Shown here in pieces: positions 10,214 through 17,329 of a stretch of DNA of 32,000 nt. Location of the stretch: positions 5,670,001 to 5,702,000 of the forward strand of contig CP104013.1 of the NCBI GenBank assembly GCA_025839675.1, given 5' to 3'. Position numbers and translations under genes: made by a program. Under the pieces are notes generated by a model. The model saw nothing but the letters and a program-made list of their open reading frames with translations. It was not told the DNA's origin and searched no databases. Origin of the DNA: Candidatus Lokiarchaeum ossiferum (GTDB lineage: Archaea; Asgardarchaeota; Lokiarchaeia; Sigyniarchaeales; Promethearchaeaceae). Position 1 is the first letter of the stretch. Every line of letters begins with the position of its first letter.

Positions 10214-10546
10214 TTAAAATTCATATTTTTTTTCATCTTCTTCTAGTAATTGTTCATCATTATAATTGTCTAAAATTTTCATGTATTCTTCTGAAAATTC
10301 TCTACTATACTTTCTTGGATCATAATCATCTATTTCAAGTGCAATAGATGCTTTTTTACTTATTTCTTTTAAAATAACTTTATTACTCTTAATTTCCTTT
10401 ATGAATAAATCCCATTCGCAACCCAAATGAGGACATTTTAATTCCATATCTTCTATAATTTCTCGCTGAAATTCTTCTTCATTGAAAATAATTTCCCCTT
10501 GACAAACAGGGCAGATTCCTGTAAATTGGCTCATTTTGATAAACAC
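10214..10546 (-). CDS. small zinc-ribbon-like acidic protein (cassette 1 cargo)
   Basis: 110 aa from GTG 10546, or 106 aa from ATG 10534. It has a C-x2-C ... C-x4-C arrangement (CPVCQGE...KCPHLGCEW) and a very acidic C terminus. It lies between R_A1 and R_B1. Confidence 0.5.
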   Translation of the reverse strand: MFIKMSQFTGICPVCQGEIIFNEEEFQREIIEDMELKCPHLGCEWDLFIKEIKSNKVILKEISKKASIALEIDDYDPRKYSREFSEEYMKILDNYNDEQLLEEDEKKYEF

Positions 10547-10736
10547 TCATTTCTTTTTTTTCAATACTAAAACTTTTAGGAAAATTAAAGAAAATTTGAA
10601 ACCCTTTGCAATATTTCTCTCTCTGTTTCTTTTTTGTAATTGATCCTTCATTAAACAAGAATGATCATCTATTAAGATATTCAAACTTGATAAATATTGT
10701 CTAATTCTCAAAGTGAGTATCTAAATTTATCAAATA

Positions 10737-10893
10737 ATAATTTTTTCCTTCTTTAACTTAATCAATCGTGCTATATCTTTTCACTTCTTTACTTTATACC
10801 ATTTTTACATCACAAAATACTTTTTTGTCATATAAATTTAAACTTCTATAATTTCATTTATTACTTAGAAACTCAAGAGAATTAGATATGTAT
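10737..10893. repeat. direct repeat R_B, copy 1 (promoter and 5' end of the 82-aa gene, decayed)
   Basis: The core 10798-10893 aligns colinearly (96 nt) with 12756-12851. The first 24 nt (ACCATTTTTACATCACAAAATACT) and the last 15 nt (GAATTAGATATGTAT) are identical. Weaker similarity of roughly two thirds runs ~60 nt leftwards, where minus-strand translation gives MV*SKEVKRYSTID*VKEGK against MVENNNKKRNITIDLGKEGK in copy 2. Confidence 0.8.
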
Positions 10894-11216
10894 GAGTAAA
10901 GGAGAATAAAAAGAAGAAACATACAAGGAAGAACGGTTTTTGGAATCTTTCTTTGAAGCATTAATTGGAACAGTCTGTTTCGATTCCAATATTGATAGAT
11001 CAATATACTTCATCAATTTATTTATCTTTAATTTGCTAATAATACTTATTAGTTTTCAACCTCAAATGTTGTATTACTGAGTATTCAAAATGAACATTAC
11101 ACTGGGATAAAAAAGATCCAATGTTCAAACCCAATCCCTGTTTTGAGTGAATTATGGATGGAAAAATTATACGATTATCCAGAATATTCATTCTGAGATG
11201 AAATAATTTGAAAAAT
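10890..11216. repeat. direct repeat R_C, copy 1 (3' end of RNase III-like gene plus ~185 nt downstream); gene fragment is a pseudogene
   Basis: About 327 nt align with 16239-16564 at roughly 80-85% identity by eye. Plus-strand translation gives MSKGE*KEETYKEERFLESFFEALIGTVCFDSNIDRS. This includes the RNase III EALIGA-type motif but has no upstream two thirds of the gene. Confidence 0.85.
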
Positions 11217-11345
11217 ATTGTGTATGTTAAGCAACTCTTTGATAATCCCATAATAATCGCAATCAAACACCAATTATAATGTTTCGATAATTAGTACGTG
11301 AGATTTTCACAGTATATATTTAAACTCAAAATAGAAATATTAGGC

Positions 11346-11693
11346 ATGATAAAAGATTTTTGGCAAATCACATCAATGTGCTGGAATGATGAACACACGG
11401 ATATCGTAATTCATGATGTTGAGTATGATGATAAGGATCAAGCTGATTTGCAATTTAAGATCATTCAAGAATTTGAGAAGGCAAATAATCCTAAATATCT
11501 CGCTTCACACATGGAAAAAGTGTTCTATTGTGAAATCTGTCAAAAGTACTATTTACAATACATCAGCAGAGAAATTATATTGAATTATAAAGGATTCAAT
11601 ATCCCTATTGTGTATTGTAAACATAATTCTATGGATGAGGTTTTGGAATTATTTGGAAAGAAATTGAACGAATATATGTTTGAGATGCCATAA
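11346..11693 (+). CDS. hypothetical protein
   Basis: The ORF track gives 11298 (GTG); the first ATG is at 11346 (MIKDFWQITSMCW...). It contains C-x2-C (CEICQ) and a later lone CKH. No recognised domain. Confidence 0.4.
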   Translation: MIKDFWQITSMCWNDEHTDIVIHDVEYDDKDQADLQFKIIQEFEKANNPKYLASHMEKVFYCEICQKYYLQYISREIILNYKGFNIPIVYCKHNSMDEVLELFGKKLNEYMFEMP

Positions 11694-11942
11694 TGCTTCC
11701 TAGCATTCTGATTTTTTTTGTTGATAAAAATGAGTACATTCCAAAAATTTGTCAAGCACTTGCTCTTATATTTAAAAGATCTTATTCACGTAAAGATTGA
11801 AGATTCTAATTTGAGGACATCCAATGCTATTGATTGAATTTCTCTTCCAAACTTGATCTTTCTTTGAGTGGATGTATTGATGATGCTCCTATCTTTAATC
11901 GTTGCGATCTGCATTATTTTCAAATTTATATTTGTTTTACTA

Positions 11943-12035
11943 GGCAAATGTATTCTAAACTAATTGGAACACTTCATATTTCCATTGAACTCCATAATTC
12001 GCCTTTCCTACATTCCGAAATGTCAGATTATGATC
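11943..12035 (-). pseudogene. detached N-terminal fragment of the GNAT gene, with in-frame TAG
   Basis: Minus-strand translation gives LTFRNVGKANYGVQWKYEVFQLV*NTFA. This matches the N-terminal consensus I recall for this GNAT subfamily (I-T-L-R-x-I-x-K-D-N-W ... L-K-V-x3-Q-K-N-F-V-A). That is the part missing from 9806-10155. Assignment is by eye only. Confidence 0.45.
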
Positions 12036-12071
12036 ACTCGGAAACCAAAAATTTTGCGAACCCCCCGATGT

Positions 12072-12118
12072 AATGTCGCATTTCTTTCGCTTTTCACAAT
12101 AATACTGGAAAATGGAAT
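12072..12118. repeat. direct repeat R_A, copy 2
   Basis: See R_A copy 1. The 33-nt identical core is at 12072-12104. Confidence 0.9.
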
Positions 12119-12141
12119 TAAATCTATTGAAAATAAATGAT

Positions 12142-12489
12142 TTATTTTGAATTTATACATTCAGCTAAATAATTTAAAATTTTAACTGCTATTTGCTTTT
12201 TTCTAGCGTTTATTTCTTGTATCATGAAGTAATTGACCACTATGTTGAATGAATTTTCTATAAATTCTTCAATTTCAATTATTTCAAAGTTTCTGAACCT
12301 TTTTGAAATGAAATGATCAGATATTATATCCTTCAAAATTTTTCCATATGCGATCTCAATTTCTGTTTCATTTTTTTCCAAGAATACCGTTTCCCAGTCT
12401 ATTTTTAGAATATCAGTAGTCATTTGGACAAAATCAAAATACTTTTCAATTTTTTTGATTTTTTCAGGATCTACTTTTCGAAAATTCAT
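12142..12489 (-). CDS. hypothetical protein (cassette 2 cargo, distal gene)
   Basis: The track ORF runs 12142-12579. I prefer ATG 12489 (MNFRKVDPEKIKKIEKYF...), which removes the overlap with the upstream 82-aa ORF and leaves a 22-nt spacer. Helical and acidic, with no recognised domain. Confidence 0.45.
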   Translation of the reverse strand: MNFRKVDPEKIKKIEKYFDFVQMTTDILKIDWETVFLEKNETEIEIAYGKILKDIISDHFISKRFRNFEIIEIEEFIENSFNIVVNYFMIQEINARKKQIAVKILNYLAECINSK

Positions 12490-12511
12490 TTCTGAAACTC
12501 CAAAACAGCTT

Positions 12512-12760
12512 TCATGAAAATTGAAGTAATTCCTGCAGCTCACAGTCATATTTCTCAAAATATTTCTGGTATTTTTCAACGTAGGTTTTTTCTGTAATAA
12601 GTCTTACATTATACAATATTAAAATACAGTTGAGACATTCAAGCTTAACTGGCATAGGCCAACTTTCAAATGGAGAATCTCGGTCAATCTCATAATTCAT
12701 TTTTCCTTCTTTACCTAAATCAATGGTAATGTTTCGTTTTTTGTTATTGTTTTCTACCAT
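12512..12760 (-). CDS. hypothetical 82-aa protein (cassette 2 cargo, proximal gene)
   Basis: ATG start at 12760 inside R_B2. A decayed copy of its N terminus is visible in R_B1, which supports it being, or having been, a real gene. Confidence 0.5.
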   Translation of the reverse strand: MVENNNKKRNITIDLGKEGKMNYEIDRDSPFESWPMPVKLECLNCILILYNVRLITEKTYVEKYQKYFEKYDCELQELLQFS

Positions 12761-12851
12761 TTTTACATCACAAAATACTATTTTGTCCTCTTCATTTAAA
12801 GGTCTACAAATTCATCTTTTGCTGGGAATTTCATTGGAATTAGATATGTAT
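12695..12851. repeat. direct repeat R_B, copy 2
   Basis: See R_B copy 1. It lies in the divergent region between the 82-aa gene (-) and the 538-aa HEPN gene (+). Confidence 0.8.
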
Positions 12852-12875
12852 TTATTTTTGAAAACAATTAAATAA

Positions 12876-14492
12876 ATGAAAAAAATGGAATTAGACAAAA
12901 TCATCAAGGATCCAGAATTGAAGCATAAATTCTATCAGATTATTGATTCTATTCTTATTTCAGGGATGAAATTTCTGAAGGCAGCCATAAATTCTAAAGA
13001 ATTCTCAATGGCGGAACAAAATTTCGATGGCATGGATTATTATAATTCTCTTCTCTATAGGAAGAAATTAGTCCTTAGCATAACAACTAATCCAAAAGAT
13101 GAGAATTCTTCCAGCTCAAATTTGATTTCTATTATCTCTCTCTCTTTAAGCGGACTAATTAAAATATTAAGGGAATATAAAACAGATCCAAAAAATAATT
13201 CTAATTGGAGTTTTTTAATTGAATACAATTTATTACCAGAAGAACTAACTACATTCTCCCAACCTCGAAAAATTTTCTTTTCCCACCTAATTATGCGATG
13301 TTTTGATCTAATTTTTGAACCTGCATGCATGAACCAAAGTGATCTTGATATCTTATCACTTTTTCAAGATTTATCTTATAATTTTTCCGATTTAGAATCT
13401 TCAATTGAAGAAATAATCGATCTAGAATTATCCCACGAATGTATTCTTGAATATTATTATTTTTTTTATGGGATTGGTGTAAATGGGGACATAAAAATCT
13501 TTAATCAAGAGTTAAAACAAAAAATTGTCTATCCTACGGATAAAGATCGGGAACTTTTAAGTCGAGATCTTGGAATTCCTCGGGATATTAAAGTCCATAA
13601 TCGCCAATCTGACTATGAATCAGATAGCTTACTGAGGAACACAACAGGATGGATTCACTCTTCTGTTCGAGTAAAATTGTCGTCTTTGGATAATTCTGAT
13701 GTAAGAAAATCTCCCCATTTAAAACCTCCAGAATTTAATGAAGAAGGATTACGATTACTTGGATTTACAGGTGCAAACGTTCGATTTTATTGTAGAACTT
13801 CTGCAAATTCAAAAATTAATTATTCCATCGACATTCATAATGGATATTGCTCTTCAGGTTCTGGAGGGATAGTTCCAAGATGGATTAATGACACTATTGT
13901 TCACAAATGGCATTTTGACACATCCATAACTTTTAATTACGAAATGATCTCCTTTCTTAGTCAATTTGTTGAAAATCGTTTTAATCAACGTAACAACGCA
14001 TCATTTGAAACAATTTTCGGCAGATTTTATCGGTTTACCAATTTTACCCGGTTTTTTGACAAAATTATTGAATCTTCAATTATTTTTGAGGTCTTATTTC
14101 CAAATAGAGAAAGTTATGCCAAGAAACAGAAGTTAGCTAACAGAATTTCAAATATTCTATCCAAGAGTCCAGATCAAAAGCAAGTCATCCAAAATTTCGT
14201 TGAAAAAATATATGAAGCAAGAAATAAAATCATTCATGAAGGAGAATTTAACTTAAGATCAGATTTCTCTGAGTTTATTTCTTTATCTAAGGCATCCCAA
14301 TGTCTTTATGATGTTCTTCGTTTATGTATCCTGCGATTTGTCGATTTTGACACTGAAAAACTTCTGATCAATAATGATGATAGAGTAAAAATTGCTGATA
14401 AGTCTCCTAATTTGGAAGAACCTCATTTCTTTAAAGTGGCTCTTCAAGAATTTTGGAATTCTTATCCTTCCAAATTGAAAGATCAAAACTAA
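12876..14492 (+). CDS. large HEPN-domain protein (C-terminal R-N-x3-H; ApeA-like architecture suspected)
   Basis: 538 aa. The C-terminal helical domain carries VEKIYEARNKIIHEGEF, a canonical HEPN R-[N]-x3-H followed by G. It is preceded by a beta-rich middle region (VRFYCRTSANSKINYSIDIHNGY...WHFDTSITFNY) and a helical N-terminal region. Confidence 0.6.
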   Translation: MKKMELDKIIKDPELKHKFYQIIDSILISGMKFLKAAINSKEFSMAEQNFDGMDYYNSLLYRKKLVLSITTNPKDENSSSSNLISIISLSLSGLIKILREYKTDPKNNSNWSFLIEYNLLPEELTTFSQPRKIFFSHLIMRCFDLIFEPACMNQSDLDILSLFQDLSYNFSDLESSIEEIIDLELSHECILEYYYFFYGIGVNGDIKIFNQELKQKIVYPTDKDRELLSRDLGIPRDIKVHNRQSDYESDSLLRNTTGWIHSSVRVKLSSLDNSDVRKSPHLKPPEFNEEGLRLLGFTGANVRFYCRTSANSKINYSIDIHNGYCSSGSGGIVPRWINDTIVHKWHFDTSITFNYEMISFLSQFVENRFNQRNNASFETIFGRFYRFTNFTRFFDKIIESSIIFEVLFPNRESYAKKQKLANRISNILSKSPDQKQVIQNFVEKIYEARNKIIHEGEFNLRSDFSEFISLSKASQCLYDVLRLCILRFVDFDTEKLLINNDDRVKIADKSPNLEEPHFFKVALQEFWNSYPSKLKDQN

Positions 14493-14648
14493 CAAATCTA
14501 GATTATCGAACTCGAAAAATGATTTAGAAGAATAAAAATTAAAATCCAAAAAAGGAGCCATGGGTAGTTATACAAATATCTCAAATAATATATTATTTTG
14601 AATGTACCTTTAATAATTAAAACAAAGACAAAATTAGGGAATAAAATT

Positions 14649-15422
14649 ATGAGTTTTCATGACGAATTGGAATTACTGGTTGGGGAGCATCTCTGGCGTA
14701 TTGATAATTTACGAATTAATTTGACTAATATGGGTGAAAATTACAATAAATTTGTTAAAAATGTGGAAAAATCTTGTTTAACTTCGATTTTACCAAAGAA
14801 AAAGAAGAATTCTCTTTTTAAAAAGAAAAAAAGAATTTTTAAAAAAACAATCCAACCTTTAACAATTGAAAATTATAGACAATTCACACAAGATCATTCA
14901 AAACAAGATATTTTTGAAGAAATTTATGAAGCAAAAATGAATTATATATTAAAATATCCTAATCATTTGATTGAACATAGTATGGATAATCTTCCAATAA
15001 ATAACATTATTTACGAAATTGGATTTATATATTCCATTTCTATATTTGAATCTTTTAATCATGCCTTTTTTAAGTTATTACAATCAAGAAGTGAAGATTT
15101 TAAGAAAAAAACAAGAAAAATTCAAAAAAGGAATCTTACAAATATTGATAATTTTGCAAAAATCTTGTTGAAGTATGGCAATCTTTCCTTATCTGATTTC
15201 ATTGCTTGGGGAAAATTAAGGCTGTATTACTACATCAGAAATTTAATCGTTCATACAGGTGGTGTTATTGATATGAATTTTGGTGAAAGATTTCCTCACT
15301 ACAATAAGAATGTGAATGAAAAATTTAAGATGAGTTATCTTTTATTTGAAAACCAGATATATATTATTTGCAAATATTTTCTTTTCATACAGGAATTAAA
15401 TTTGGAAGAGAATAGGAAGTAA
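14649..15422 (+). CDS. HEPN-domain protein (R-N-x3-H)
   Basis: The track ORF starts at TTG 14598; the first ATG is at 14649 (MSFHDELELL). The C-terminal third carries LRLYYYIRNLIVHTGGVID, again R-N-x3-H with G two residues after the H. The linker is Lys-rich. Confidence 0.55.
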   Translation: MSFHDELELLVGEHLWRIDNLRINLTNMGENYNKFVKNVEKSCLTSILPKKKKNSLFKKKKRIFKKTIQPLTIENYRQFTQDHSKQDIFEEIYEAKMNYILKYPNHLIEHSMDNLPINNIIYEIGFIYSISIFESFNHAFFKLLQSRSEDFKKKTRKIQKRNLTNIDNFAKILLKYGNLSLSDFIAWGKLRLYYYIRNLIVHTGGVIDMNFGERFPHYNKNVNEKFKMSYLLFENQIYIICKYFLFIQELNLEENRK

Positions 15423-15425
15423 AAT

Positions 15426-15978
15426 CTACTGTTTCATTATTTTTTTTCTTTGTTCTTGCGTTAGAATATCAGTATGCGATCCAAATCTGTACCACGCTGT
15501 TGTCTTTTTTAAAGAAAATGCTTTGGAAAAAGAAACATCTCGAGAAACTTCATATACGGTATTTTTTTCACGAAAAATTTTCAAAATTAGTATATGCTTT
15601 TCTTTCAAGTTTAATATTTTAGTTTTGTCTTCTAAAAAAAGAAAATTTACCCCAATTCTTCTTTCAATCTTCAATTCTTTAATATCCTCAAATGTTTGAG
15701 CTAATGGTAAAAAATTTGGGATTGGCTCTACGTAGTTTTTAAGAAGATTGGTTATGGTATCTTCAATTTGACCAACATTGCTGATAGAAAAAAACTGATA
15801 TGTATTTTCTTCTTTCTCTTCAACACCAAAAACAAGATATCCTTCATTTTGATCGCTTGAGTATAAGCCGATTGAATTTAAGATCGCGATTACATCTTTG
15901 ATAAATTCGTACTTATATTTATCAATTTTGAGATCAAGTGTTTTTTTGTAATCAAGGAGGTATTGATTATGAATTTAC
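15426..15978 (-). pseudogene. AlbA_2/Schlafen-like domain protein lacking a start codon
   Basis: The frame is open for ~184 codons: IHNQYLLDYKKTLDLKIDKYKYEFIKDVIAILNSIGLYSSDQNEGYLVFGVEEKEE...WYRFGSHTDILTQEQ. No ATG/GTG/TTG occurs until TTG 15674. The sequence parallels the N-terminal domain of the 583-aa protein at 24007-25758 (VDFKEF..FLRDVVSFANTDETGIILYGV..FWIRGSGSKKQITFNE). Confidence 0.6.
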
Positions 15979-15982
15979 AAAT

Positions 15983-16381
15983 ATGGAATTATTAAGTCAA
16001 GCACTAACTTCAAAAGGGTATTCAAATGAAAATGGAAATTGTCTTTTTAGAGATAGCCTATCCTTATTTGGCGATGAAATTCATAAAATATATTGGCTTT
16101 ATGAAGGGATTAAGCTTGGATTATCAGAAAGAGGAGAAATATCTAAATACAGAGATTCCTGGATAAATCATGAAGCTCAAGTTGAGGAAGTACGACATCT
16201 TTTTTTAGACATGAATATCAAGCCAGAATACTTATTTCGTATGAGTAAAGGAGAATTAAAAAAAGAAACATACAAATAAGAACGGTTTTTGGAAACCTTC
16301 TTTGAAGTATTAATTGGAGCAGTCTATCTAGATTCAAATTTTGATAGATCAATAAATGTCATCAAATATATTTATCTTTAA
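15983..16381 (+). pseudogene. mini-RNase III-like protein (no dsRBD) interrupted by in-frame TAA at 16277-16279
   Basis: MELLSQALTSKGYSNENGN..RDSLSLFGDEI corresponds to the RNase III signature N-E-R-L-E-F-L-G-D, with the two Glu replaced by D and S. After ETYK-TAA the same frame continues ERFLETFFEVLIGAVYLDSNFD, the second catalytic-Glu motif. The paralogous copy at 10890 has GAA where this copy has TAA. Confidence 0.65.
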
Positions 16382-16564
16382 TTTGCTAATTATGCTTAAT
16401 AGTTTTCAATTTCAATGTTGGATTACTGAGTATCTAAAGTAATCATTTCACTGGGAAAAAAAATAGCTGGTATTCAACCCAAATCCTTGTTTTGAGTGAA
16501 TTATGAATGGATAGTTGGGTGATCATCCAGAGTATTCATTCTGAAATGATATAAGTTGAAAAAT
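16239..16564. repeat. direct repeat R_C, copy 2
   Basis: See R_C copy 1. It covers the last ~47 codons of the RNase III-like gene and ~185 nt of 3' flank. Confidence 0.85.
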
Positions 16565-16804
16565 CCCTAAATCATTAATCAATAATAGTTCTTTTAATTG
16601 ATTGAACAAAGAACTTAGGGGGATTTTAGAAGATCCATACAAATCCAAAATATCTTTACTATATCTCCTAGTTATAATTTGGATAATAATTGTCACTTCT
16701 TATGATAGTAATTGAGATGATCATCCAACAAATTAGTGTATTAAAAAGAAATAAAGTCGATAAGGGAAAAAAAGGATAGTAAACAAAAAAAATTGGTATT
16801 ATCA

Positions 16805-17275
16805 ATGCAAATACAAGAGACAAAACTTTGGAATCATTTAAATGATGGAAGGACAAAATTGGAGAAGATTCTTGCTATTAATATTTTACAAATAACTCCC
16901 AGTTTGTTGAAAAGATCAAAACTAATAAGGGATACCTTTCCGCATTTCACATTGCACGATGAAAATCATCTTATCAAAGTAATATATATTATGGGAATTT
17001 TGCTTGAGGATCATATTCTAAATGAGCTGAATCCAATTGAAATATATCTTCTAATTTTAAGTGCTCTGTTTCATGATCAAGGGATGGTTGTAGAAGATCA
17101 AGAAAAACACTCAATTCAGAATTCGATTGAGTATATTAATTCAGTAGAAGTTTGGAAAGAAAATAATCATAACTTAAAATTATCAGAAATTGAAAGAGAT
17201 TATAAATTTTTAATAGAATATCAAAAAGATATCTCTCCAAAAATTGAAGATGTCTTATATTTTTCACATTTTTAG
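16805..17275 (+). CDS. HD-domain phosphohydrolase, N-terminal half (ends at in-frame TAG)
   Basis: FPHFTLHDENHLIKV and LSALFHDQGMVV provide the H...HD motifs. The ORF stops at TAG 17273-17275, in the same frame as the next ORF. The track start TTG 16793 is possible; the first ATG is at 16805. Confidence 0.65.
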   Translation: MQIQETKLWNHLNDGRTKLEKILAINILQITPSLLKRSKLIRDTFPHFTLHDENHLIKVIYIMGILLEDHILNELNPIEIYLLILSALFHDQGMVVEDQEKHSIQNSIEYINSVEVWKENNHNLKLSEIERDYKFLIEYQKDISPKIEDVLYFSHF

Positions 17276-17329
17276 AATTTTATTCGAATAAGACATGGAG
17301 AACGGGTAAAAAAAGTAATATGGGATGAG

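Noticed and set aside
11036-11266. 76-aa minus-strand ORF inside repeat R_C copy 1
   Set aside because: The homologous frame in R_C copy 2 hits a stop after ~20 codons, so the ORF is not conserved between the two copies.
11834-12073. 79-aa plus-strand ORF
   Set aside because: It is antisense to the sequence that translates as the GNAT N-terminal fragment, starts at a non-ATG codon, and has no motifs.
12142-12760. Idea that ORFs 12512-12760 and 12142-12579 are one frameshifted gene
   Set aside because: An in-frame ATG at 12489 gives a clean second gene 22 nt after the first stop, so two small genes explain the layout without invoking a frameshift.
16668-16856. 62-aa hydrophobic minus-strand ORF
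   Set aside because: It overlaps the 5' end of the HD-domain gene. Its Phe/Ile/Leu-rich translation is what T-rich sequence yields by default.
17273-17275. TAG in the HD-GHKL gene read as pyrrolysine
   Set aside because: There are no pyl genes or other supporting evidence in the window, and neighbouring genes carry TAA or start-loss lesions too. Pseudogenisation or sequencing error is more parsimonious, so this is kept only as something to exclude.
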